The notes beneath the pieces were generated by a model, which was not told the origin of the DNA, did not search any database, and saw only the letters and a program-made list of their open reading frames with translations. Positions 52,570 to 64,000 of a stretch of 64,000 nucleotides of DNA are shown in pieces (position 1 is the first letter of the stretch; each line of letters opens with the position of its first letter). Location of the stretch: NCBI GenBank assembly GCA_002633005.1, contig NMRA01000189.1:1-64000 (forward strand), read 5' to 3'. Both the position numbers and the translations under genes were made by a program. Source of the DNA: Phoronis australis. Taxonomy: Eukaryota; Animalia; Phoronida.

Positions 52570-52630
52570 TGACCGGGACTCGAACCCGGAAACTTTTGCT
52601 AACCATGTAGTCCACTAAGCCATTGGGACC
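52570..52630 (-). mobile_element. Degenerate tRNA-derived SINE head
   Basis: Minus strand TGGCTTAGTGG and GGTTCGAGTCC boxes, with a truncated anticodon arm. Confidence 0.45.
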
Positions 52631-53278
52631 ACTGGTCGAACACAGAAATTCAATCAGACTTAGCAGAGGGCATCCGGCCCATTAGGTAATACGCAGCCCA
52701 CCGGTTGGACGGTTAGGGGATACAATACTTAATTCAAATCCATCCTTTTCTGTGTATTCTAAATGAGCAGTAGATGAAATCCGCTCACCGATTGAGAGTT
52801 TTCACCTCGTCAAAAATACATTTTACATTTAAAACTATGACTTAAAAAGTGCATACTTTCTTCAGTGTTCTTTTCTACTTCTGAAACATGCGTTTCTTCA
52901 CGTAACATCCTCAAAATTGCACTCGGTAAGAGAAACTCAGTCATGGTATGTGTTAATTATAACTCCATCTTCTTAATCTTATATGTATCGTTCATTTAAT
53001 TTTATTTGCTGTATTGTGAAATGGTTAACTTTTTATGGGGATGTACTATCGCCCCTGTATGCCAGCAGCATCCAGGGCGATGTAACTGCCTACCCATATA
53101 CTCCTGAATGTATACGAATGTGTAAATCTTGATTGTTATACTTCAAAATTGTAAAACTGTTTGATCAGTAAAGATGTGTTTCAAAAGACTTTGCAAAGTG
53201 ATGTGTACCCATAACGTTTCGCAATCTACTTGTAGCTATCTGTTTAAATCCAATGTTGAATCAGGAGAACACTCATCT

Positions 53279-53373
53279 GATCACAGGCACCTTTAAGTAG
53301 CCCTCTACAATATAATATATATAATAAATTGTTATATTATAATGTAGAGGGCTACTTAAAGGTGCCAGTGATC
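53279..53373. repeat. 95-bp near-perfect hairpin / foldback MITE
   Basis: 41-bp arms with 2 mismatches (GATCACAGGCACCTTTAAGTAGCCCTCTACAATATAATATA) around a 13-nt loop. Confidence 0.85.
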
Positions 53374-53769
53374 TGATCTACACGTTTTGCATTTGGGGGT
53401 GAACCCCAGCACCAAATGAGCAAATGTCGTGCAGCTGGCCTATTCGTCACTTTATGACTGTTACAATAAACTGAACTCACTGCTTGAGTCTTGTCTGTAG
53501 TTTACTTGAATGATAACCGACTGTTTGTCAGAGGATTTCTAGCTAAAGTATGGGAATTCCCCTCATCATACATCATGCCATGTTATTGTTCCGTTTATTT
53601 GTGCGCATGCTCCATTCCACCAGGAAGAGATATCTCTTCCTGATTCCACGGATAGAGTCGACCACTTGAATAGTCTTGAACCCTGACCAAAGTCTTTGCC
53701 TAGACTAAGTTGACTTTCTAGTCTAAAACCCAGATTATAAGCATTTGTGAGTGTAGCAGACAACTCAAA

Positions 53770-54397
53770 GACTGTCAGTAGGCCTACCTGTGGACGCTGC
53801 AGTCAAGGCGTTTTTACACATGAAAAACTTACACGAGTCCTCTGTAAACCGGCAGCCCAGAGCACATCAGGCCCGAAACCGAGAAGTCGAGGGCCGGTGA
53901 AGCATGGCTGTGAAAATTAAACTTGACCGTGGCCCCGGGTAGTTTTTTTTTCACGGGTTCTAAATTCTATGTGAAAAATGTCCAACTCATGAAAATTTAC
54001 CCCACGTTCGTGAAAACTTGCACTGAAGAGTATGTGCCTTGGCTTTCTGAGTCAGCATAGGCGGATTTACTGAGGGGNGACTGTCAGTAGGCCTACCTGT
54101 GGACGCTGCAGTCAAGGCGTTTTGCCTATGACTGTACACATGAAAAACTTACACGAGTCCTCTGTAAACCGGCAGCCCAGAGCACATCAGGCCCGAAACC
54201 GAGAAGTCGAGGGCCGGTGAAGCATGGCTGTGAAAATTAAACTTGACCGTGGCCCCGGGTAGATTTTTTTTCACGGGTTCTAAATTCTATGTGAAAAATG
54301 TCCAACTCATGAAAATTTACCCCACGTTCGTGAAAACTTGCACTGAAGAGTATGTGCCTTGGCTTTCTGAGTCAGCATAGGCGGATTTACTGAGGGG
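53770..54397. repeat. Near-identical duplication of about 310 bp (53770-54077 / 54079-54397) across a single N; probable assembly or haplotype overlap
   Basis: The copies differ by about a 10-bp indel and few substitutions; N at 54078. Confidence 0.85.
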
Positions 54398-54969
54398 GGC
54401 AGGGGCGGGGCCCGGCTGCCGCAAGGGCTGTCAGTAGTTGAAGCGTGGGGGGGCATTTTTGCAGCATCTAATCGAACTTGAAAACGTGCACATAGTCAAT
54501 AGTAACGGGCGCGTATTAGCACCAGTCCAGACCAAGCTCGGTCGAGGGCCGGCGTCAGGCGTCATCATGGACATTGCTGCCTGAACGGACTTCGACAAAT
54601 TAAAAAACGCATAGAAAGTCAATTAAAAGCTTTTAAAATTCAAGCTCCACCACAGTCTTTTGTCAAGGCTTGAACGTCGATTTAGAGATAAGTGAGTCTT
54701 TTAGTCCAGAAACAAGTATTTGTCCGGTCACTAGTTCAACGCCGGTGAGTAAGTTAACCTAAGTTTAGTTCATCTTCAAAGGCAAGTGGTCCACAAGGCA
54801 TCATTGCACTATGACAATATTTTACATGACAGGTGTAGTCCACACTCACGAACTCAACTTCATTTCTGGTTTCGTATGTTTTGATATAGCAATGTTTGCC
54901 AGGACCGCAGACGCCTTCAGTTGTTCCTTATTAAAGAGTTACTATTTGCAAATCATCACTAATAACAGA

Positions 54970-56130
54970 TATCTGTTTCATTAAGTAACTACATCTCAGT
55001 TGAGCTAAAACAAGATATTGAAACAAAAATGGTTCACTTCGCCTTGATTACAAATAAGACTGACACAATCTTTAATCATGGATGGCAATTTCTTCTCCCC
55101 AATAGTCGATATTAAGTTGATGGGTTGAATCTTACGTCCTCTTTAGCAAAAACTTGACCAAGTGGCAAATCTTCAAACAAGTATTTTTCACAAACCAACT
55201 CTGTCTTTATTGAATGATGGAAATTAAACTTCTTCATCCTTTCAATTTCTTGCAACAATTTTTCAAAATTTAGATCTTTCAGTCTTTGGTTGGATTCATA
55301 TATACAAATATCAGCTCATCAAAAACTTACTGGCACAGACATACATGTCCAAAGCCAGTAGTAAATAACAGGTTTTTCAGTCTAGTACACCAATTTTTCT
55401 AACAGAGTGCATCCTTAGTATATAACAGGTCATAGGTTACTTTGGTAATCTACGTGAACCTCTAACAGGTTTACCCATCCACGATACTACTAATTTATTC
55501 CAAATTCACCTCAAGCCATGACATCTTTGCTTTGCTACCCGTAAGTAAAGCCATTTACAGAATTTGTTTTGCACATTTTATTTTTCCTTCCTAAAGGAGT
55601 ATTTCCCATAGTTCTGCACAATAAAAAAGTCCGAAGTCTATTTTGGCATAATAACTTGGGCTTATATCTTAAAAGCAGTGCTTTGTAAAATTGCTTGCTG
55701 GGCTGTAGTGTCGCACCATGATCTTGTCCAATAAATTTAGAACCTCTCTCGTCTCTCACCTCCTTTGCTAGCTGGCTAATACGCAATAAAAACAGTAGTG
55801 GGCCTAGTATGCACCTTGTCTTACACCTGAGTCACAGCTAAACGAGTCTGGTCACACTACCATATTGGATTTATTTTTTCCAGTAACAGTTGCATACATA
55901 CTCAGTGTCTCAAACATTTTTCCAAGCACACAAGGTTTATTAGTTTCACAAAAAAACGTCTGACGAAATGTTATAGAAGACCTATTCAATATCAGCCAAT
56001 TGCTTTTGAATTTTTCACAAGTCCGCTTTCCACCACATAAACCAACTGTCGACTACCGACATCATTATGAAACTGGCAAGGATTTCAGAGCCTCTAAAGA
56101 AATGACAGTTATTATTTCAGACCAGGCTCT
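54970..56130 (-). pseudogene. Decayed non-LTR retrotransposon (LINE) ORF2 reverse-transcriptase remnant
   Basis: Frameshifted minus-strand motifs appear in the expected order: FVKLIN..GKMF..MYATV, DSFSCDSGVRQG/ILGPLLFLL (RT motif B, about 55850-55785), NW..LKNLLFTTGFGHV, and a C-terminal Cys/HF-like region. Boundaries are approximate. Confidence 0.65.
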
Positions 56131-57433
56131 GCAAGTAAGCTTGTCACGAGCATGAGATGGTCAACGCTTCTTGAAAACGTACATAAATGACGTTTTAAAA
56201 GATAGTTATAACTTCACTCATATGACGCAGGTGAAACGTTCTTTAAATCCAGTACTAGGCACTTGTGTATAACAGTTTAAGTCAGCAGGAGCGAGCCTGA
56301 CTTGTGTAAGCACGATGGGAGTACAATCGTGATATCACGCATTAACACGAATTACTAGCAGGACGAAAATAGATTAAAACGGCACCGAATTGATTCCCAG
56401 TGTCTTTCGGGATTAAACACAAAAGCTATGACCTGTGTCACGAATCTACTGAGTTATACAATTTTGACACAGATTTTCCATTCTCCAATAGCTAGAGGAC
56501 ATTGCTAAATCCAAAAATCTATAAAAGAAGTTAACGATTTTCATTGATGCTCATAGGATCACCCCAGAGTTCTTGATTAAGCTACATAATCCCTATATTA
56601 TGATTTATACTTAACTGTCATTCTACGAGAGCACCAAAAGATCGATTCTACACGGTCTTGAAAAACTTGTTTGTTCACACATCTAGTGAGATGTGTTCAA
56701 AACGTTTATTAAACTATTGGACCATTATTTCTTAAGTTGGAGCGCAATGAATATTTTGGCCCAAAATAACCCATTTTTGGTTCAAAAAGGTTCTGTTAGT
56801 GAAGTTGTTTTAAAACGGCTTAAAAGAACGGGGAATAAAAAAATCTTTATGATTTTTATAAATGTAGATGTTGATCCTCTCCAGCAGAAGACAGTCTGCA
56901 TTTTCAAAGGGTTTCGGTTAATCTTCAGTGGAGTGCCAAAATTCGATAAACTGCTCAATTTTGTGTATTTGTTTTTTAGCCATTTTAGGTGCTCTGGCCG
57001 GGGGGGGGGGGNTGCTGTCTGGCTAGGAAAATTAAAAAATGAGAATTTTGTTTGTTTCCTAGCAACAGACGATAGAAAGGACATTACATCGTGTATTTTA
57101 CATTCCTACTGACTACAACAGGCAGTATGTCGTAAACTTCATAACGTCTTCAAGTTTTAGATGATTCGGCTTCTGCTTTCCCCTGGTGGCAGTTTTTATA
57201 GCTAAATTTCTTTGACCAAAGGTTTCTAACCAGGAAACGGTGGTAGTTGCAACGATTCTAACCTAAGGTGCCGCAGCATTGACAATTTAGGCATTTTGAA
57301 AACCGTTCAAATGCCAAACTCGTGCCCCCGTCAGCTGCCGGGTAACGCCCACCTTATTAACTGACGATCATTATGTAAAATATGTAGCCATTTCAAACTG
57401 CGTCGGCGTGTCGTATCTACAAGAGGCAAGTTG

Positions 57434-57590
57434 CAGGGGCGGATCCAGGATTTTGAGTTAGGGGGGGCCATGTCAGAGTATTAGCCAGGATTTTGCCCGA
57501 TAGACATTTGCACCTCCGTATTGCCAAATGGAATCTGGGAGAATTTTAGGGGGCCATGGCCCCCTTGGCCCCCATCTAAATCCGCCACTG
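57434..57590. mobile_element. 157-bp MITE with 5-bp TSD (AGTTG)
   Basis: Ends CAGGGGCGGATCC...AATCCGCCACTG with AGTTG on both sides. Sister copy at 59761-59917; older inverted copies at about 1393-1510 and 2931-3093. Confidence 0.8.
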
Positions 57591-59408
57591 AGTTGTGTAA
57601 TTGATTCTTCCCAAACCTGATTTTGTTACATGTTGTCACACTCGTATAGGCAACAAAAACGTCATCTCTTAAAAATATTGGACGCACGGGCTTCAAACTT
57701 TCATTTTAGCTAAGGGTTACATCAAGCAAATCTAAAGTGGTCTAAGTATCTGATTAATGTGCAAGCCAAAAACATCCTTTTACCATAATAAGTAATTTAG
57801 GAAATTCCAGCAATACAGGCAGAACCAAAATCACGTTAAGTTCATGACAATGAACATGTATAATTGATAACATGGCGACTGCATGGTAATGAAAAATGTG
57901 AAGCTGTGGGGCAGAAGGGTTCATGTAAGCTTCACACTTCAATATCCAAATGTAGCCTAAATATGCACATAAATTATTTATTTACATTATGTTGCTTTGA
58001 TAACACCTGAAGTAGAAAATAACTTGTTACTAAGCATGAATCAAAAACAATTTATTCACGAAATTTAGAAAAAATATGTGTTCAATTGTAACATAATCAT
58101 ACCTTGAAGAAAAGTTGACTTTCAAACAAAAAACAATTAAAGCTATTTTTAGCAGAGTGCATGGTCAATTAAATGAGCACGTTGAAATATTCCTTATAGT
58201 TATGTCACAAACACCTGAAAATTATACAAAACCGCGTTTTTGTACAAATGTTTTTTACTTAAATATTCACCGATGACAATGTAATCGTTTGGACATGCCT
58301 TTCATTCGGCAGTTCAGCAGAAGTCGCCATGTTGTCGGTGCCGTCGGAAATGTGATTAAAAGTCCACCGTGAATTGTGTGCGCACATCAACTTCTCAACA
58401 AATTGCATCTAAACTGTGGTGAAAACTCTTGTATTGAATAGAATGGTAGATAATGATGAGCGTCACAAAATTTTACTTTTAGAATATTTGTGAAAATACT
58501 TATAAGGATTTTTTTTAAAAACTCATTACCTATGCCGCTGTCGTCCAAGATGGCCCACGAATTAAAAGAGTGGGACAATCTGCCAAGAGCCGGACAACTG
58601 ACAAGTATAATGTACAGGTACGCTGTCAATAACAAAAGTATTGGACTGGATTCTTTACAAGGCAACTTTTCGTTTTTAAAAATTTTATTTCACGTGTTCA
58701 GGTTACCACAAATAACATTTATTACTCAGAAATCGAATAAAGACTATCGCGGCAACAACATTGAACAAACAAATTCGTAAAGAAACAATAGAACACAATA
58801 ATAACACATGCATATACAGAAACACACACTTAGCTACGCAAACGAGTAGTTTTACGAAGTTAACATTTCATTTGTAATCCCAGAACAAACACTGCCAGAA
58901 ACTAAATGTCACTTCTTTCCGTTATTGTAACATGATTTCAATATGCAAAAGAGTCTTGTTGAAAACCCAAAACATATACTTTTACAGGTTGTTCACTCTA
59001 TGACTGGACCTAAAAAGATATCGGAGATCAGACTATTCGTGAAATCCAGCCAGGATCACTAATTTCATGGGCGCACCCGGGGGGGGGGGCTCCCCGATTT
59101 GGCGAATTGCAAAAAAAGGTCCCTCTCAGTGAAAAAAGTCCCAGTAAACGACACAAAAGTCCACAAGGGACACAGGAAATCGGCGCAGATGCACAATTCG
59201 TAGGCCTGAACCTAGTGGTCCCATCTTTTTAGTCCTCGTTGAATTTGTTCAGTAAAAGGTCCCCATACCGAGAAATTCGAGCCCCCTATATTTTATGCTG
59301 GATGCGCGCATGGATTTTGCCGCGAAATCGCTAGTTGTCTAGAACCGTACTTCAAGTCTCGTTTGATGATTCAGTTATGAAGAAAAACGACGAAATGTAA
59401 ACAGAGAA

Positions 59409-59543
59409 TCCTGCACAGTCTCAAGTTTATGATATAGGCAAAATCTTGTGGAAATTTCGTCAAAATCCCAAGGCTTGCCGAGGGATTTTGACGAAATTTT
59501 CAAGAGGTTTTGCCCATGTCATCAATCCGAGACGAGTGCAGGA
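59409..59543. repeat. About 135-bp imperfect palindrome (foldback element)
   Basis: AAATTTCGTCAAAATCCC-AAGGCTTGCCGA-GGGATTTTGACGAAATTT core, with arms extending to TCCTGCAC/GTGCAGGA. Confidence 0.75.
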
Positions 59544-59760
59544 CCCGAGTTTGCAATCGTGGCTGTTCAATCAATTCAGTGAATCCTTTGCGGATCTAGA
59601 GCACCCTCACGTTGTATAGTGCACTTACGGATGTCATAGGAAATTCCAAAAGAAGTATGAAATCTTGATTATGACCGCGGTTACCTGAGTAAAACATATC
59701 CATAGTTAAATAGTGCCGCCGGATTTGCGCACCGGTATACATTAATTGTTATACAGCGAC

Positions 59761-59917
59761 CAGGGGCGGATCCGGATTTTGAGTTAGGGGGGACCAGGGC
59801 AGAGCATTAGCCAGGATTTTGCTCGTCAGACATTCGCACCCCCGAACTGCCAAATGGAATCTGGGAGAATTTTAGGGGGGGCATGGCTCCCTTGGCCCCC
59901 CTCTAAATCCGCCAGTG
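59761..59917. mobile_element. 157-bp MITE with 5-bp TSD (GCGAC)
   Basis: Ends CAGGGGCGGATCC...AATCCGCCAGTG with GCGAC at 59756-59760 and 59918-59922. Colinear with 57434-57590. Confidence 0.8.
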
Positions 59918-60295
59918 GCGACGACTAATTAAGCACTATCATAAATTTAATTCAGTATGACCGGCGGAGTGCAATTACGTACGAGTTCCTGACAGAACGC
60001 GTTGCCGGCGGATTGCCACTTCCGGATTCATCCATGTCAGGGCACAGCAACGACACACTCGTATGAATTAATTAATGCAATATGCAGGCGTTCTAAAAAA
60101 AAATCGTTTAGTTGGCGTTCCAGAGACAGCGAGTGTTGCGTATACGGAGTGAAGCTCGCGAAAACGCAAAATCACGAAGGCTTCGCGCAATATCGTCGTC
60201 ATTGCCAAGCGAAGACTGACGTGAGCCTGACCACACTATTTCGCGAGATTCTCGCCTCTGTGGAACTCAATGCACTTCACCGGGAGATCTCGTTT

Positions 60296-61312
60296 TTACT
60301 GAGGTACGAACATATGGCCTGATGATGATGACCGAGTCCAAACAAAAGCGCACATCCGCTTCAGGTTATTTTTGAATGCGTCATTTGAAAACGCATACAA
60401 TACTGGATTAATGAAAGAGTTGGCATGCCATAACATTATAGAAACATCAATCAGAACATCCCTAGCCAGGCCCGTATTATTCTTCGTAAGATCCAGCAAG
60501 ACATCTAACAAATAAAACGGAAGCATGCACGCTACAAAGAAAAACAGAATCAGCGCCATTGCACGGGTGGTCCTAACTTCACGTTTGTATAGGCGTAGAT
60601 TTTGGGGTATAATTTTTTTCTTTTGCAACTTCAGTTTCCCTATTACTAAACCATACTGAAGTATTGCAATGGATATCGGAATAACGGACATGAACCAAAA
60701 CAACGCTGTCTCCCATCCTTTGTCATACTGGCGCCCAGTCGTGCACCGTTTATTTCCATTGTAGGTTTCCACTGAAGCCATTATAGTACAACCAAAGACC
60801 GGTATGCTGAACACGGTCCACAAAGACAGAACCATTAGAGCTGCTCGACTTTTGGACAGAAAGTTGTTGTAGTTTTGAGGCAGGAATACAGCAAGAACTC
60901 GTTCTGTTGAAATAGCTATAAGTGTAGCAACTGACCACACAAGTGGCTGCAGAATAACGTGCATTAGCAATATACATATGCCTTTGTTTTTAAAATACCA
61001 AGGGATGGGTTCGTCAGGATGGTATAAGTTTGGAACAAAATTCTTGAATATATCTCCTGGTACAGTAAACAGTCCACACGCCAAGTCTGTGATGGCCAAG
61101 GCGAAAACAAAGACGTTGTGTGGATGTTTTCGCACGTCTTTACAACGTAAGTAAAGAATAATCACACATGTGTTGCCAGTTAGAATGAGAAATATAAACA
61201 CCGATTTGACAGCTATGATCGTAGTTGTTCCAATTGTGCCAAGATGTTGGATAGTTTTCATCGTAGCTTCTGATGATGGATTGCCGTCATTTGGGCCAGT
61301 CAAATTTTCCAT
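60296..61312 (-). CDS. Class A (rhodopsin-like) GPCR, 338 aa, single coding exon; ligand unknown
   Basis: Seven hydrophobic segments with TM1 GN, TM2 LAITD, TM3 ERVLAV, TM4 W, TM6 FFVACMLPF and TM7 NSFINPVLY, then a helix-8 FKNNLK. An N-terminal NLT sequon is present. A splice-acceptor-like TTTTTATAG lies upstream near 61350. Confidence 0.92.
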   Translation of the reverse strand: MENLTGPNDGNPSSEATMKTIQHLGTIGTTTIIAVKSVFIFLILTGNTCVIILYLRCKDVRKHPHNVFVFALAITDLACGLFTVPGDIFKNFVPNLYHPDEPIPWYFKNKGICILLMHVILQPLVWSVATLIAISTERVLAVFLPQNYNNFLSKSRAALMVLSLWTVFSIPVFGCTIMASVETYNGNKRCTTGRQYDKGWETALFWFMSVIPISIAILQYGLVIGKLKLQKKKIIPQNLRLYKREVRTTRAMALILFFFVACMLPFYLLDVLLDLTKNNTGLARDVLIDVSIMLWHANSFINPVLYAFSNDAFKNNLKRMCAFVWTRSSSSGHMFVPQ

Positions 61313-63433
61313 CCTCGATGCTCCTTGTTAGACAATATAATTCACAAACCTATAAAAACAACAATAACGATACACTGCAGTTTAACTGAACCCAACCAAA
61401 ATTGCTTTACAAGACATGACAATTTATTTTGAGCCTGTTCCAATTAAGTTACGATTCACAAAGTTAAGCTGCTTTTTTGAACAGCAAAGGAATTCTCGGT
61501 GATCGAATTTTGGAAGCATCAACAGAAGTACTTTCAACATGGGCAGCGGCAGATTGAATTACAAACACATAGGTATCACTTACTGCTTTGCAAGACCGTC
61601 AACGTTGTAGATGTAGCGACTGCACTACGTTGCAGAGCCCTCTCAACAATGTATGTGGCTTCTTAAAGAGCGTTTTTCAGTCCAAAGAAACATGCGATCG
61701 CAATAAATGTACTTTACCTAGCTATAGCTTAAACAAGTCGGTTGAAAATTTACGTGCTGATCCCGAGTTGGCTAACGAAGCTTGGTAGTTTACTTCAGCG
61801 GTTTTCTTAGTTTTGACGTATCCAAGCAATCACGGTGAACTTAATTTGTTTCTAAGACGCCCCTTGGCTTTCTTTTGTCATCAATACTCATGTGTCAGTT
61901 AAAGTGGCTAGTATAAAATAAGAAAGTAAACGTTACTCATCTTGTATGAAACTTGTAGCATGTCGTAGGGTACAAGTTTTTTGTAGGTTTCGGAAATACA
62001 GTAAGATTTAGATGAGTTTGGAGTATTTTTTTACGTTTGAAAGTTGACTAAAGACACACCTTCGTGCTCGCCAAGTCCGACATTACAGTCCCAAAATGCA
62101 TTGCGGTGCCTTATTTGGAAATGGCCTGATGACCTCAGAGAGGTGAAAGGAATTAAGCTGGTATCACTGACTTTTGAGCTAATGGAATGACAAATTAAGC
62201 TAACCCAGAGCTTAAAGAGGCATGGAACGCTAAAGATCGTCAAAAATATCATTTTATTAATTCCTGGCGAAACTACCATCTCGTAACGTCTAGTACCGAG
62301 TAACAATAATTTCATTTCCCCCTATGAGGAAATCACAAAATCCACGAATTTTAAAATACGAGCGAAAAACTGTGGTTACCACGGAGTCTAATCTCCCTCC
62401 CACTTACATGTATTGTAAATGCGCGCATGCGCTCAGTCAGTTGCTTGAAGTCGCATGAGTTCAAAGAACACATTTTTATATAAAAGAAATATGCTACGTC
62501 TATGTCTTGCCATGCCTAATAAGAAGACGTGCTTTGCCTTGTGGGAGAAAAATCGACGAAGTGGCGAGCAGTTCACAGAACCGTTGAAACTAAAGGAAAA
62601 TGTATTGATATCAAAAGAATGAACAAACCCCAAAAATTCCTGGTCAGCAGGTTAAATTGTGTTTCAGTGGCAGAGAACCACTTTCAATATGGCAGTTCAG
62701 TCTGTTTATCGCGCTCCAGGCATCTTTAAAAGTGGTTCCGCTCAGCGGTCCTCCCACGTTTTTAAACGCAACTGCAAAAACGCAGATATCATTTACTTAT
62801 AATTTTGAAAGGAAATGATCCTAATCAAGAAACTTCCCTCTTTCGGTTTCTGAACAGATCTAGAGCAGAAAGCTGGGCTAAAATTTTTGCACACAGGATA
62901 AATAAATACGAGACATAGGACCACCTTAACGACAACCACTTCCAAATCATTAAATTATTCCGAGGTAAACCATTTTGTAATAAACAGAGCATTATCCGCT
63001 ATTTATAAGGCTAATCCAATCTACAAAAGTTTTAGGAAAATTAAAGAAATTTGATGTTTTATGTAAATAAATTCAAGATAAACTGACAAACACTTTTTCA
63101 AAATCGACAAAGATTAAGAAACTCGAAATATTACTTTTTCCGTGAATTCCATTACTCCAGATATTTGTGGCGCATTTTCTCCAATAAACCCTATCTTTAA
63201 AGAAAAAAAAATTTGTTTTTCACGAACAAGTTCATTAATTAATACAATGCTATACAATTGGATAGAATTTTATAACTGACATTGAACAAAGATATAGGCC
63301 TCCAATTTTCCAAATACTCTCTTTGTTTGCCTGGCTTAGGGGCAATACTTATAACTCATTTGGTGCAGCGACGGCATTAATGATCCAATAGTATTGCTAA
63401 AATTAAGTGCTGAAACAGAAATGTTTTCAAACA

Positions 63434-63687
63434 CATGCGCACACACAGCCTTCAATTTGGGGGCGCTCGAATTCTTGACGTCGTGGACCTTAAACTAACA
63501 AAACAGCGGGCGGACTAAAAAATACGAAAAAAAATAAAATAAAAAAATAAAACGGGAGCACCACTGTGAAGTGCGCGTTCGCGCTTATTTAGTGGTCTTT
63601 TGTCCAGTTATCTCGGACTTTTTGGACCTTTTTTACCTACTTCGCCAAATGAGGGGGCTCGTTCGAGACCCCCTGGGTGCGCGCATG
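63434..63687. mobile_element. MITE with CATGCGC termini and 5-bp TSD (AAACA)
   Basis: CATGCGCACAC...GTGCGCGCATG flanked by AAACA on both sides. An element with similar ends at 59066-59312 has flanks AATTT/GATTT. Confidence 0.65.
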
Positions 63688-64000
63688 AAACACTCTTATT
63701 CAAAGACTTAGGTTCGCACAAATTTTCCAGTAAACGTGCAGCTATTTGTGTACACCATACCAAGCTAAATTTTGACCAAATTTGGTCAAGCTTGGTCACT
63801 GACCAATGAACTATATATATAAGGGGTACCATAGAACCGTATGGATGAGCATCGCATCTTACGAAACTCCTTGCCCATCTCCACGCATGGAGCGCAAACT
63901 AATGAGCTAAATGTAATTTAATTAATTTATTTCATTGAGACAGACTACCAAAGCAGCTACAACCAGACTGCATTTTAAAGTATTTGTTTGCCTTCTAAAG

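Noticed and set aside
62126-62155. CTGATGA..GAAA hammerhead-like motif
   Set aside because: Stem II closes with a C-U mismatch and no stem I or stem III can be formed.

Overview
Intron-rich, AT-rich, repeat-laden animal genomic DNA, probably from a highly heterozygous invertebrate; I cannot name the taxon. Three host genes can be reconstructed by hand. (1) A 7-exon makorin (MKRN1/2-like CCCH/RING E3 ligase, about 423 aa) on + at 4637-23763. (2) A convergent TBK1/IKK-epsilon-family kinase with 18 coding exons (about 799 aa) on - at 51146-30908. (3) A single-coding-exon class A GPCR on - at 61312-60296. Single-N joins appear to interleave two haplotypes, which duplicates makorin exons 2, 3 and part of 4. 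As a result, both the filled and the empty site of a TTAA-targeting Kolobok-like DNA transposon are visible. That element has about 160-bp TIRs, a THAP transposase remnant and a convergent P2X7-ballast-like/KolX ORF. Other notable elements are a TA-flanked TIR element carrying a degenerate HIRAN-like ORF, several unrelated MITEs with 5-bp TSDs, tRNA-headed SINEs, hammerhead-ribozyme-like motifs (one in the kinase's last intron in sense orientation), a decayed LINE RT, nested palindromes and four minisatellites. All alignments and translations were done by eye, with no database searches.
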